DNA of 64,000 nucleotides from Mobula hypostoma. Its lineage: Eukaryota. Of this stretch, positions 25,981 through 39,605 are shown one piece after another. The stretch is taken from positions 22,198,001 through 22,262,000 of the forward strand of contig NC_086097.1 of assembly GCF_963921235.1 (NCBI RefSeq), in the 5' to 3' direction. The notes beneath the pieces are model-generated. The model searched no databases. It was not told the origin of the DNA and was given only the letters and a program-made list of their open reading frames with translations. A program made the position numbers and the translations under genes. How positions within the stretch are numbered: the first letter of the stretch is position 1; the number at the start of each line of letters is the position of its first letter.

Positions 25981-26874
25981 GGAATATACATTGCTAGAAC
26001 CTGCTAAGTGAGGAAGGCGAAAATACATATGGAGATGAGAAATAAATGTATCTTCAGGGAGAGCTGCAAAGCTCCAGAAACAGTTATAGGGATCTGTCAG
26101 ACCTTCAGTACATTTTGTGTTATGAATGTTGCAGGTGGTTCTACAAAGGAGAACTGAGGGGTTATAATGTGCCATCTGAACTCCCTTGACTGACTCGCAA
26201 TGAAGTCTGAAGGTGTTAAAGATTAACGCCCTGATGCAGTTTTTCAACCTGAAATGTAGACAGTTCTTTTCCTGTCACAGATAAAACCATACAACAATGG
26301 AGCAGAAATAGGCCATTCAGCCCATCACCATGCTCCACCATTCGATCACTGTTGATTTATTTTCCCTGCCAAGGTCATTCCCCATAACGTTTGAAGCCCT
26401 TACTAATTAAGAACCTATCAATCTCCACTTTAAATTTATCCAGTGACTTGGCCTCCACAGCTGTCTATTTTTATTTAGAGATACAGCACAGAACAAGTTC
26501 TTCTGGACCAACGACCTGCACCACCCAGCAACCCATCTATATTTAATCCTAGCCTAATCACAGAACAGTTTACAATGACCAGTTAACCTACTAACTGGTA
26601 CATCTTTGGACTGTGGGAGGAAACCAGAGCACCAGGAGAAAACCCATGTGATCACAGGGAGAATGTACAAACCCTTCGCAGAGTGGACTGGAATTGAACT
26701 CTGAACTCCAACACCCCAAGTAGGATGCTGTCCTGACCACTATGCTACCGTGGCTTCTGATTAAAGAAATTCCTCCTCATCTCTGTTGTATTCTGAGGCT
26801 GTGCCCTCAAGACCTAGACTCTACCATTTACAGAAACTTTCCATGGCCACTCTGTATAGACCTTTCAATATTAT

Positions 26875-28005
26875 AGAAATAGAATAGTACAGCACAGTAC
26901 AGGCCCTTCGGCCCACAATGTTGTGCAGACCCTCAAACCCCGCCTCCCATATAAGCCCCCACCTTAGGTTCCTCCATATACCTGTCTAGTAGTCTCTTAA
27001 ACTTCACTAGTGTATCTGCCTCCACCACTGACTCAGGCAGTGCATTCCACGCACCAACCACTCACTGAGTAAAAAACCTTCCTCTAATATTCCCCTTGAA
27101 CTTCCCACCCCTTACCTTAAAGCCATGTCCTCTTGTATTCATTGGTACCCTGGGGAAGAGGCGCTGGCTGTCCACTCTATCTATTCCTCTTATTATCTTG
27201 TACACCTCTATCATGTCTCCTCTCATCCTCCTTCTCTCCAAAGAGTAAAGCCCTAGCTCCCTTAATCTCTGATCATAATGCATACTTTCTAAACCAGGCA
27301 GCATCCTGGTAAATCTCCTCTGTACCCTTTCCAATGCTTCCACATCCTTCCTATAGCGAGGCGACCAGAACTGGACACAGTAATCTAACCAGAGTTTTAT
27401 AGAGCTGCATCATTACATCGCGACTCTTAAACTCTATCCCTCGACTTATGAAAGCTAACACCCCATAAGCTTTCTTAACTACCCTATCCACCTGTGAGGC
27501 AACTTTCAGGAATCTGTGGACATGTACCCCGAGATCCCTCTGCTCCTCCACATTACCAAGTATCCTGCCATTTACTTTGTACTCTGCCTTGGAGTTTGTC
27601 CTTCCAAAGTGTACCACCTCACACTTCTCCGGGTTGAACTCCATCTGCCACTTCTCAGCCCACTTCTGCATCCTATCAATGTCTCTCTGCAATCTTTGAC
27701 AATCCTCTACACTATCTACAACAGCACCAACCTTTGTGTCGTCTGCAAACTTGCTAACCCACCCTTCTACCCCCACATCCAGGTCGTTAATAAAAATCAC
27801 GAAAAGTAGGGGTCCTAGAACAGATCCTTGTGGGACATCACTCGTCACAATCCTCCAATCTGAATGTACTCCCTCCACCACCACCCTCTGCCTTCTGCAG
27901 GCAAGCCAATTCTGAATCCACCTGGCCAAACTTCCCTGGATCCCATGCCCTCTAACTTTCTGAATAAGCCTACCATGTGGAACCTTGTCAAATGCCTTAC
28001 TAAAA
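26875..28005 (-). mobile_element. CR1/HER1-like LINE RT, nested in an older CR1
   Basis: ORFs 27351-28028 (FSKAFDKVPH, PQGSVLGP, FADD) and 27062-27343; (ATAGA)n tail. The host CR1 sequence resumes at about 28006. Confidence 0.93.
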
Positions 28006-28359
28006 TTGGTTTCAATGAGGTCCTCCACACATTCTTCTAAACTCCAGTGAGTACAGGCCCAGGGCTATCAAGCGCATTAAAGCTGCTGCTTGAATCCCGA
28101 ATTCCTTCAGCAGCTAGTTTGTTTCTCCATATTCCAGTGTCTACAGTGTTTTGTTTCTCCAAGAATTAAGGTGTTAAACTGGGACATCATGTTGTACTAT
28201 ACGGATCATTGGTGAGACCACATTTAGAGTATTGTGTAAGGTTCTAGGTGCCCAGCTATTGGGAGCATGTCATTAAATTTGAAAGGGTGCAGAAAAGTTT
28301 CACAAGGATGTTACAGGGACTGTCAGGTTTGGGTTATAAGGAGAGGCCTCAACTTACCT

Positions 28360-29300
28360 TCAACATCATTTTGCAGCGAGATCAGTTCTTTGCCCATCCT
28401 TCTTCTTGTTCAGGAATGGATGTATTACCCAATGTGGAGTTTGGATCAAAAGAAGATCCTGAAATCTCTTTGACTTGTTTTTATGCAGCACAGTATCCTT
28501 GAAGATCATCATCTGGTATTATTTCTTCCTTTTCCAATTCAGAGAGGCTCAGAAAACGGAAAAGGTCGATGTTGTACTTAAATAGGGCTAACTTGGACAG
28601 AAAGGTGGAGATGACTGATTTGACTTTGAACTATGTTTTCATCTTTCTTGAAGCAAACATAACCAAAAAGCAAAGATTTGTTGCCTGGCAAAGTTGACTC
28701 ATCCAACTGGAGAGGAAATTCATTTGTCTAAAGTATGTTGCACAATGTGTCTTCTATATTCTTAGACATTTCACCTGTTCATCTTTAAAAAGAGTTTTCA
28801 CTGAGCGGAATCACTTTAGTTATTTGGTCTGGAGACTTACGCAAAACTGTACTCAGAACTTCCATTACTGCTGGCAGAATCAGTTCTTCTCCAATTGTAT
28901 GGAGCTTTCCAGATTTAGTCATGAGCAATGAAATGTTGTGTGAAGCACTTAAACTATCACTGTTTTGCTGTGAAGTGCTGGCAAATATGCTTTAAAGTGT
29001 TTTCCATTTTTGGAAGTTTTCACAAAGTGACTGAAAATAAGCCAGTTCCTGTTTGTTTTATCAGAGTGTATTCTCTTCAAATGTTCAAGAATCCTGGATG
29101 GTTTCATTGCCTCATTAAAAAAAAAACACCTTTTCACACAACAGACACATTGGTTGCCGTTGTTTGCTTGGTTCTGGGATAAATCCATATTTCAGGTATT
29201 CCACACTATAGTGTCAATGCTCCTTTTTCACGTGACCTGCTTCTGCCATTTTCGTTATGGATTGACAACAATGGTCAAACACCATTTGTTTAAGTCCAAC
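28360..29300 (-). pseudogene. hAT (Buster/Charlie, ZBED5/SCAND3-like) transposase relic
   Basis: The - strand reads YSVEYLKYGFI, NEAMKPSRILEHLKRIH and KSGKLHTIGEELILPAV in different frames, with stops and deletions. Confidence 0.75.
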
Positions 29301-30126
29301 ATCAAGCCCTGCGATCAATAAAGGGGAAAGTTAAGACATCATCATAGCTCAGACAAAACCTGACTCTTTGCCCGATGGTACATAAAGTGGGGCAGTGATA
29401 TCTCGGTTGGGCCACGGGCTAGAGAAACGCGGTCAGGACTATTCAACAGGGTAGATTCTGACTTTTACCCCATCGAATGCCACACACAAGAATTGTGTCA
29501 CTGGATGATTAGAGTATGGGAATTGCACTGGCTAACAGAGTACTACAGTAGTGAACAGCAACAATGCACAGGCTGGGTTCAGAAATAACAGTCCAGATTA
29601 CTAACAATGTGCCAAATACAGAAGCGTCAAATTATTATTCAACAACTATAATGCACTTCGAGCAAAGTCCAAGACAACGGAGGGTTAGCAAGAGATAAAG
29701 TGATTATGTGAACATTGTAATCAATTATGAGGCACTGAGGATCACGCAAGTAATTTATTTCTTAAATTAAGCTTGTAAACTCACAGCTGCCCTCGTTGCC
29801 ACCAAGTGCTCTCTCCTCCACCCCCTTTATCTTTTTTACCCCATTAGAAACTCATACTGCCCCTAAGAAGGGATGGTATTGCCCACTTTGGGAACTAATA
29901 CTTTTGATGATGATAAGCGCAGCAAAACAGAACAATGTGTTCCTTGGGCTACTCTGATCACTGAAGGAAATCTGCATTGAAAGGGAATATGATGCAAATA
30001 GTGACACTATTAGGTGGACATCTGACACTGGAGAAACATGCAATGCACTGATGTAGAGAGTGCACAGTCACACCTGATTCATCACCCTTTAACATGGTAG
30101 TAAGGACAACCATCCAAATCCAAGTA

Positions 30127-31114
30127 CAGTGGGTTCCAGTTATTTGGGAGACATCGGGACCAGTACATTTCGGTCCAATTATGTGGCTGCCCCAATTAAC
30201 TGAAGTTTCATGCAAAAAAGGTATAAAAAGATGAACTACTCCCAGCAATCCCCTGATTTAACCCTAGCCTAATTATGGGACAATTTCAAATGATCAATTA
30301 ACCTGCCAACTGTTATGTCTTTGGACTGTGGGAAGAAACCAGAGCACCTGGAGAAAACCCACACGATCATGGGGAGAATGTACAAACTTCTTACAGACAG
30401 CGGGAGGAACAGAACCTGGGCCTCCTATACTGTAAAGTGTTGTGCTAACCATTCCACTACCGTGCCTCCCCATGGACTGCTTTCGTACAATGCTTTTGGG
30501 GAATGTGTCGAGTGGGAGTGCATGAAGGAAGCTACCTTTTCATGAGGACCACACTCAAGATTAAAAAGGCAGAACTTCGCAGCAGTTTTTTTGAAGTTGG
30601 ACTGCAGCCAGTCACCGAGCGGGATTCATTAGAAAAAGCAAATTAAAATAATGCAAGTGCAAATGGAATGGCCATTCTTTGCACGGTCATTGTTGAGAGT
30701 GTGCCAGTGTTTAGGGTGGCTTTGGCTGATCAGACTTAGGAAAGATCAGGCTTGAGTGAGGTAAAGTATCTAGTAAGTTTCCTCGAGGGAAAATCTTGCT
30801 GACAAAACTGTTGGAATTCTTTGAAGAAATAACAAACAAGAATAGACAGAGGAAGATAGCTGGATGTTATGTACTTGGATTTTAAGAAGGCCTTTGACAA
30901 GATGCTGCACATAAGGCTGCTTTAGAAGTTAAGAGCATATGGTATTACAGGAAAGATACTAGCATGGATAAAGTTGCCTCAGTTAAGTGGTAAAGTGTCC
31001 CAAATAAATGAAGTGAATCCTGACTATTTCCTCATTTAGTTTTTGTTCTTTAGACCTGCGCCAAATAAACAACTGCCCCGGTTAACAGATGGCCCAGTTA
31101 ACCGGAATCTACTA
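30127..31114. mobile_element. Pogo/Tigger-like TIR element ends enclosing later insertions
   Basis: TA|CAGTGGGTTCCAGTTATTTGGG on the left and CCCAGTTAACCGGAATCTACTA on the right (16/22 inverted match); an HE1-like SINE and a CR1 fragment (30780-30970) lie inside. Confidence 0.5.
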
Positions 31115-32387
31115 AACTTCTAATCATGCGGGAAGTACTGATGTTTTTTGAATGGCTAGTCCCTACAGGATGTGATGGTCTGGATGTTCATTTACTTTCA
31201 GCCTAGCATTTGGAACATTTGGCTACACACTTCATTAGCATAATATTAAAATAATTCTAGTGCCAAAAGTATACAATAGGTCAAACAGCGATAAAAACAA
31301 GAGCAAGTGTTTTAAATTCAATAACCTTTTCTGAGAACATTTTTTTTTCTAACGATATCCCTCAGAGATCGTGAACCAGCGTGGATAACTCCAGTCACCA
31401 CGACCTACAGAATCACTGTCAATTGCTTTCCAACTCATGTTCTCTATAATATTTATTTTTTATTTGTGTAATGTGTCTTTTGCACGTTGCCTATTTGCCA
31501 GTTTTTGGTTATGTACCATATAGTTTTGTGAATTCTATTGTTTCTCTTTATTTTCCTGTAAATGCCTGTAAGAAGCTTAATCTCAAGGAGGCATATGCTA
31601 ACATATGTTCACTTTGATAATAAATTTTACTTTGACTTTTTGACTTGGAGATGAAACATTATCACTTTTCCCCCTGACACTGAGTACTTTGGGCAGTCTT
31701 GTTCTATTTCAGATTTCCTACAGCTGCAGCATTTTTCTTTCCTGATCGGTGCCAACAAAAGCAAGCTCAAGCAGATTGCATGATTTTATGCACAGATCCA
31801 AAGTAAGCAGAACTCCTAGCAACTCTATCATCTGAACAGGAGCTTAAATGTCAGTCTGTGTCTAATTCTTCAGAACTTCAGAAGAGCCACAGAAGCATCT
31901 GAGCAGAATTCTGGACACCTTGATCGTCAATGAAAGTTAAACATGAACTCGAAGATCAAATCGACCGGGTATAATTTGCTTTGCAACACTATAAACAAGG
32001 ACCAAAGTAAACCAAGTATATCAAAGCAAAAACATGCAGATGAATATCAGCAGAGACGAGAGCTAACCACTTGATAAAGATCAAACCATGAAGGACAGTG
32101 CTGTGAAGAACTAAAAGCTGGAAATACTGCAGCCTGTGATAACTTGAGCTGGAGTTTCAAACAAGTTTCAACCCCCAGGCTGGTGCTCTGAATAGCTTGC
32201 TGTTCACCCACCTCTTTGCATATACGGTTGCTGATTACATCACTGAACTTGAAGCTGACAGTGAACTGTAAGTGTTAACTCAAATCTCTATGGTGGCTGC
32301 TGAAGGATTTAAATTTAGCTAATTAAATAAATCTCATGAAACAAACCAAACTGTCATACCTCAATGTCTAATACGAGGGGGCATAAC

Positions 32388-33005
32388 TTAGAAGGGATGC
32401 AGAAGTTTTAGAGAGTGTGCAGAGGAGATTTGCCAGGATACTGCCTGGATTAGAGGGGATGTCTTATGAAAATAGGTTGAGCAGACGAGGGTTTTTCTCT
32501 TTGTAATCAAGGAGGAATAGTGGTAAGTCTTGGCCCGAAACGTCGACTGTTTACTCTTTTCTATAAACACTGCCCGGCCTGCTGAGTTCCTCCAGCATTT
32601 GTATGTGTTGCTTTGGATTTCCAGCATCTGCAATCTTCCCCATGCTGATTAATAGTGGTGAGTAGATAGAGGTGTTCAAGATAATCAGAGGCAAGATACA
32701 AGATAATGCAGTGGGCAACTACTGACTTTTTCCCAGATAGGATGAGAGGTCTTAACTTTCAGGTGTTTGGAGGAAAGTATAGGGGGTTTGTCAAAGGCGG
32801 GTTTTTCACACAGAGAGTGGTCGGCATGTGGAACACACTGCTGAGATGGCAGTAGGGGCAGATACATTAGGGACATTTAAGGTAGACACCTGCATGAAAA
32901 AATGGAGGGCTGTGTATTGGAGGGGAAGGGTTAGATTGATCTTGGATAGGTTAAAGGGACAGCGTAACACCGTGGGTCAAAGGGCCTGTACTGTGCTATG
33001 TTTTG
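32388..33005 (+). mobile_element. CR1 3' fragment interrupted by a PLE tail insertion
   Basis: GAGAGTGTGCAGAGGAGATTT..TTTTCACACAGAGAGTGG..AAGGGCCTGTACTGTG. Confidence 0.7.
32529..32650 (+). mobile_element. 5'-truncated PLE tail with 13-bp TSD
   Basis: GCCCGAAACGTCGACTG..GCTGAGTTCCTCCAGCATTT..CCAGCATCTGCA; TSD AATAGTGGT(A/G)AGT at 32516-32528 and 32651-32663. Confidence 0.75.
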
Positions 33006-34039
33006 CAGTAAGTAACAACATTTAGGGAAGGGAATCTTTTTGTCCTTACCTAGTCCAGAGGATAAATGACTAACTGCAAAGTGTTGACTCCTTACCACCC
33101 CCTAGAGCCAGGACAGTGACACTGCTTGTAGAACAGATTTCTGGCGAGTGCTGTACAACAGAGATCTCGAAGTACTAATGCATAGTTCTATGAGCACGTT
33201 GTCACAGGTGGACAAGGTGGCAAAGATGGTGTATGGAATTCTTTCCTTCACCAGAAGGGAGGAAACTGGAGGACCCGGAGAAAATCCACACATTCCACAG
33301 GGAGGACGTACAGACTCCTTATAGATGACATCAGAATTGAACTCTGAACTCTGATGCCCCGAGCTGTAATCGGGTGGCGCTAACCGCTATGCTATTGTGG
33401 CACCCAATTAAGAAAGGCTTAGATGGCGATCAGCCAAATACAGGCAGATGGGACTAACTCTACTAGGCACCATGGAAGAGTTGGGCCAAAGGACCAGTTT
33501 CCATGCTGTGTAATTCCATAGTTCTACACCTGCTCCCTCATAGTGATACAAGTTCAATCCTGACTTTGGGTGTCGTCCATGTGGAGTTTGTACGCACTCC
33601 TCTGGCTGGTTTCCTGTCATATCCAAACATAGATACGTGAATTGGCTGATTATTGTAAGTTGCCCCTGGAATGCAGGTGAATAGCAGGATCTGGGGGGAG
33701 TTGATGGGAATCTGGTTGGAATAAATAAGGATTTGTGTGGATAAGTGTGACAAAGGGATTGTTTCCATGCTGTTTGACCACATGACTCAAGATAGTCCAG
33801 TGACCCACCCGATCACATCAGACCGGTTGTTGGTTGTTTAGGCAAGTGACACATTTCACTGTATGTTTCGATGTACACATGTCAAATTTGATTCTCAAAT
33901 CTTGAACTGGGACAGTAACACAGAACGAATACAACACATACTAGTTTTACCTGGTGGAGATGGGGCGGTACCTTCATCACTAGGAAATATGGGAGTTCCA
34001 GGAAGTGGCCCAAAGTCAGTTTCTAAAGGGCAATGAATA

Positions 34040-35255
34040 ATGGGAAATCAGTTGAGATTGGCAACAACATCTCCTCCACAATCTCCATTAGCACAGGTGC
34101 ACCACAAAGTTATGTGCTTACCCCCCTGCTCTACTTGCCTTACACTTATGACTGTGAGGCTAAGCACAACTCCAATGCCATATATTCAGGTTTGCTGATG
34201 ACACTACTGTTGTGGGCTGAGTCAAAGGTGGTGATGAATCAGGATATAGGAGGGGGATTGAAAACCTGGCTGAGTGGTGCCACAACAACCTCTCACTCAA
34301 TGTAGGCAAGACCAAGGAGCTGATTGTAGACCTCAGGATGAGGAAACCAGAGGTCCATGAACCAGTCCTCATCAGGGGAACAGAGGTGAAGACGGTTAGC
34401 AATTCTTTGGTGTTATCATTTCAGAGAACCTTTCCTGGATCCAGCACATACATAGAACATAGAAGAGTACAGCACAGGAACAGGCCACCTGGCCCACAAT
34501 GTTGTGCAGAACCTGCTAATAAGCAAATCAAGAACACCCAAACACTAATCCATCCTGCCTACACCATGTCCACATCCCTCCATCTTCATTAGATGCACGT
34601 GCCTATCCAGCATCTCCTAAAAGCCATTAGGAAAAAGGCACAGCAGCGCCTCTACTTTCTTAGAAGTTTGCAAAGACTTGGCATGTCATCTAAAACTTTG
34701 ACAAACTTCTATAAATACACGGCAGTGAGTATATTGACCGGTAGCATCATGGCCTGGTGTGGAAACGCCAATGTCCTTGAATGGAAAATCCAAAAAGTAG
34801 TGGGTACGACCCAGTCTTTCAGGGGTAAAGCCCTCCCTACCATACAACACATCTACATGTTGCACCATTGCAGGAAAGAGGCCCTCACCATCCAGGCCAT
34901 ATTCTGTTCTCGCTGCTGCCATTAAGAAAGAGGTACAGGAGCCTCACACCACCAGGTTCAGGAACAGTTACTACTAGTCAACCATCAGGCTCTTGGACCA
35001 GTAGGATTCTTCACTCACCTCATCACTGAACTGATCCCACAACCTATGGACTCACTTTCAAGACTCTTCATCTCACGTTCTCGACATTTATTGCTTACTT
35101 ATTTATTTATTAGTATCATTATTTTGCTTTTATTATTGTGTTTTTGTATTTACTGTGAATGCCTGAAAGAAACTAAATCTCAGGGGATGTATATGGTGAC
35201 ATACAGTATATGTACTTTATATAATTTATTTTGAAACTTGAACTTTGAACTTTGA
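34040..35255 (+). mobile_element. Rex1/Babar LINE 3' half, with a CR1 tail nested at about 34453-34625
   Basis: ISTGAPQ..PLLY..YTYDC, FADD, KKAQQRLYFLRSL..NFY; (TTGAACT)n tail. Confidence 0.85.
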
Positions 35256-35484
35256 ATTAAAATATGCCAATTGGCCAACCCAGCTGCACTCACTTTGTGG
35301 TCTGATTTTAATGGAATTGCTGGCTCCTGATGCTTTTGTGATCCAAATGTTATTTGGAAGTGATGAATGATGCATAAAAATATTCTATATGATCATTTTA
35401 TTCAATGTTACAAGAGCAGAAAATGGACAAGAAAGAGGAGCAGAGAGAACAACGAAAAGAAAACAAAGGGAAAGAAAATTAGCA

Positions 35485-36304
35485 GACTCGAGGAAATCTG
35501 CAGATGCTGGAAATTCAAGCAACACACACAAAAGTTGCCGGTGAACGCAGCAGGCCAGGCAGCATCTATAGGAAGAGGTACAGTCGACATTTCAGGCCGG
35601 AATCCTTCATCAGGACTAACTGAAAGAAGAGATAGTAAGAGATTTGAAAGTGGGAGGGGGAGGGGGAGATCCAAAATGATAGGAGAAGACAGGAGGGGAG
35701 GGGTGGATCTAAGAGCTGGACAGTTGATTGGCAAAAGGGATACCAGGCTGGAGAAGGGAGAGGATCATGGGATGGGAAGCCTGGGGAGAAAAAGAAGAGG
35801 GGAGGGGAGCCCGGAGGGTGGAGAGCAGGCAAGGAGTTATAGTGAGAGGGACAGAGAGGGAAAAAAATGGGGGAAAAAATAAAAAATATATTAAATAAAT
35901 AAATAAGGGATGGGGTGTGAAGGGGAGGAGGGGCATTAATGGAAGTTAGAGAAATCAATATTCATGCCATCAAGTTGGAGGCTACCCAGACGGAATATAA
36001 GGTGTTGTTCCTCCAACCTGAGTGTGGCTTCACCTTGACAGTAGAGGAGGCTGTGGATAGACATATCAGAATGGGAAGGGACGTGGAATTAAAATGTGTG
36101 GCCACTGGGAGATTTTGCTTTCTCTGGCGGACAGAGCGTAGGAGTTCAGCGAATCGGTCTCCCAGCCTGCGCCGGGTCTTGCCAATATATAAAAGGCCGC
36201 ACCGGGAGCACCAGACGCAGTATATCACCCCAGCCGACTCACAGGTGAAGTGTCGCCTCACCTGGAAGGACTGTCTAGGGCCCTGAATGGTGGTGAGGGA
36301 GGAA
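35485..36304 (-). mobile_element. Penelope-like element (Neptune-type): GIY-YIG endonuclease and 3' UTR
   Basis: ORF 35962-36324: FTCESAGVIYCVWCSRCGLLYIGKTRRRLGDRFAE..PVATHFN; hammerhead motif in the tail. Confidence 0.92.
35581..35622 (-). ncRNA. Minimal type I hammerhead ribozyme motif
   Basis: - strand CAGTTAGTC-CTGATGA-AGGATTCCGGCCT-GAAA-TG-TC-GACTG. Core CUGANGA/GAAA/UC is intact; stem I TAGTC/GACTG; stem II AGG/CCT. Confidence 0.75.
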
Positions 36305-37625
36305 TACCTGGAGGCACAAGACAAGATAGGCCAAAGTCAACATAGTTTCTTGAAAGGGAAATCCTGCCTAATTAACCTACTGCAATTTTTTGAGGAAATT
36401 ACAAGCAAGGTAGACATAGGAGATGTAGTAGATGTGGTATACTTGGATTGTACGTGCACGTGGTGCATGTGAGGCTGCTTAGTAAGATATGAGCCCATGG
36501 AATTACAGGGAAGTTACTAACACGGGTGGAGCATTGGCTGAACAGCAGAAAACAGAGAGTGGGAATAAAGGGATCTTATTCTGGCTGGCAGCCGGTTACC
36601 AGTGGAGTTCCGCAGGGATCAGTGTTGGGACCGTTGCTTTTCATGATGTATGTCAATGACTCAGACTATGGGATTAAGGGATTTGTGGCAAATTTTCAGA
36701 TGATACAAAGACGGGTGGAGGAGCAGGTAGTGTTGAGGAAACAGAGAGCCTGCAGAGAGACTTAGATAGTTTAGGGGAATGGGCAAAGAAGTGGCAAATG
36801 AAATACAATGTTGGAAAGCGTATGGTCATGCACTTGGGTGGCAGAAATAAATGGGCAGACTATTATTTAGATGGGGAGAGAATTCAAAATGCAGAGATGC
36901 AAAGGGACTTGCAAGTCCTTGTGCAGGATACCCTAAAGGTTAACTCCAGGTTGAGTCGGCGGTGAAGAAGGTGAATGCAATGTTGGCATTTGTTTCCAGA
37001 GGTATAGAATATAAGAGCAGGGATTTGATGTTGAGGCTCTATAAGGCACTCATGAGATCACACTTGGCGTATTGTGTGCAGTTTTGGGCTCTTTATTTTA
37101 GAAAGGGTATACTGACATTGGAGAGGGTTCAGAGAAGATTCATGAGAATGATTCCAGGAATGAAGGAGATAGCATATGGGGAAAGTCTGGCAGCTTTTGG
37201 CTTGTATTCCCTGGTTCAGGAGAATGAGGGGGGGGATCTCATAGAAACATTCCAAATGTTAAAAGGCCTGAACAGATTAGATAAGGCAAAGTTATTTCCC
37301 ATGGTAGGCGAGTCTCGGACAAGAGGGCACGACTTCAGGACTGAAGGATGTCCATTTAGAACAGAGATGCTGAGAAATTACTTTAGTGCGTGTGGTAAAT
37401 CTGTGGATTTTGTTGTCACGAGCAGTTGTGGAGGCCAAGTCATTGGGTGCATTTGAGGCAGAGATAGATAGTTTCTTGATTTGCCAGGGCATCAAAGGGT
37501 ATGGGGAGAAGGCAGGAGAGGGGGGATGACTGGAAGAATTGGATCAGCCTGTGATCGAATGGCAGAGCAGACTCAATGGGCTGAATGGCTTACTTCTGCT
37601 CCTATATCTTATGGTCTTATGGTCG
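36305..37625 (+). mobile_element. CR1 LINE RT and 3' end, degenerate
   Basis: QHSFLKGKSCL, GVPQGSVLGP, VQFW, ERVQRRF; (TCTTATGG)n tail. Confidence 0.9.
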
Positions 37626-37729
37626 TATGTAAATACATAAGATAATTTATAAAGATAGATTGATTTGTGTCCATAAAGCGATCCTAGGCACAGAAGTGAC
37701 AGTGTCTGTACATCTGGTGACTGACAGTG

Positions 37730-38530
37730 GCTGTAGTTCATGAGGAGTTTGAGGAGATTTGGCATGTCACCAAAGACACTTGCAAACTTCTACAGATGTA
37801 CCGTGGAGAGCATTCTAACTGTCTGCACCACCGTCTATTATGGAGGGGCCAGGATCAGAATAATCAGCAGAAAGTTGTAGGGTAGCATAGTGGTTAGCAC
37901 AACGTTCTACAGTACAGGCAACCTGGGTTCAATTTCCAATACGCTGCCTGTAAGGAGTTTGTATGTTCTCCCTGTGACTGTGTGGGTTTCCTCCGGGTGC
38001 TCCGGTTTCCTCCCACAGTCCAAAGACATACTTGGTCATTGTTAGATTGACCCGTGATTAGGCTAGAATTAAATCTGTGGATTTCTGGGCGGCGTGACTC
38101 GAAGGGCAGGAAGGACTGCATTGTGCTGTATCTTATTAAATAAAAACTCAGTCAGCTCCATTATGGGCACGAGTTTCCCTGGCATCCAGGACATCTTCAA
38201 GGAGCGATGCCTCAATGACGCATCATCTATCACTTTGACATTGCTACCATCAGGGAGGTGGTGCAGGAACCTGAAGGCACATGTTCCACAATTCAAGAAC
38301 AGCTTCTTCCCCTCTACCAACAGATTTCTGAATGGACATTGAACCCATGAACGCTACCTCACCACTATTTTTTCTCTGTTTGCACTACTTAATTAATTTA
38401 ATTTCATTTGAAGTATACTTCTTACTGTATTTTACAGTTTTTTTTTATTATGTATTGCAATGTACTACTGCCTCATAACAACAAATTTCACGAAATGTGC
38501 CAGTGATATTAAACCTGATTCTGATTCTGC
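37730..38530 (+). mobile_element. Rex1 3' region with a nested HE1-like SINE (37880-38142)
   Basis: LRRFGM..NFYRCTVESIL; NSFFP; (CTGATT)n tail. The SINE has GGTTAGCAC..GGGTTCAATTTCC boxes. Confidence 0.8.
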
Positions 38531-39235
38531 CCTTTTTGTGTACGTGCCTTTGATGGCATGTAGGCTGGTGTCATTGATGCTTTGGGCAGTTCGGACTACC
38601 CTTTGTAGAGCCTTCCTGTCCACCGCAGTGCATCTTCTACAGGTCATTGCAAGCCAGCATACAGGAGTTAAACTACACGAGAAGTAACAATTCTACACCG
38701 TAATGTATCATAATTGACATTTTAGGAGGTTTAACAGTGATTTCTATGTTCCACAGGAAGCTTACAATGTCAGCCTAGGCTCAGCAGGACTGTTCTGACC
38801 TCTGGGTCAGATGTTTAAGGATGAGACTCCCAGATGTCTGATAATAAAATCTTGGCTGAGATTCTGGTACAGTCCTAGAGGGTTGAGTGGGGGTGGGGGG
38901 GGGTGGAATCTGCTCTGTCCCTCCAATGAGACATTAAACAGCTGTCTTCTCAACAGGTTGTAAGCCAAGTCAACAATAACACTTCAATAAGGTCACCCCT
39001 CATTCTTCTACGCTCCGCAGAATATACAGAACTTACTTCTGCTCCTGCCTCCTACGTTCTTCAGAATCAGAACATGCCAAGCTGCAAGAAAACGACTGAA
39101 GTGTGAAAGAGCTTCTTGCTCTTCAAGTGGCCTTGATGAAGCTTTAGTTTAGGAATAAGTGGTCTGTATTGTTACCATAATAAGAGACCTGGGCTTTCGT
39201 GGGATGAACAGCTTCATGGGCAATGAAATTTGGAA

Positions 39236-39605
39236 TAGTCATAGTCATAGTCATACATTATTAATCCCGGGGGAAATTGGTTTTCGTTACAGTTGCTCCA
39301 TAAATTATAAATAGTAATAGAACCATAAATAGTTAAATAGTAATATGTAAATTATGCCAGTAAATTATGAAATAGGTCCAGGACCAGCCTATTGGCTCAG
39401 GGTGTCTGACCCTCCAAGGGAGGAGTTGTAAAGTTGGATGGTCACAGGCAGGAATGACTTCCTATGACGCTCTGTGCTGCATCTCGGAGGAATGAGTCTC
39501 TGGCTGAATGTACTCCTGTGCCCACCCAGTACATTATGTAGTGGATGGGAGACATTGTCCAAGATGGCATGCACCTTGGACAGCATCCTCTTTTCAGACA
39601 CCACC
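39236..39605 (-). mobile_element. Rex1/Babar 3' end
   Basis: ILDNVSHPLH..FSQRL..TERHRKSFLP; (ATAGTC)n tail. Same subfamily as 21080-21316. Confidence 0.85.

Noticed and set aside
28360..29300. Host ZBED5/SCAND3/FAM200-like gene
   Set aside because: Multiple frameshifts, stops and large deletions; a transposon relic.
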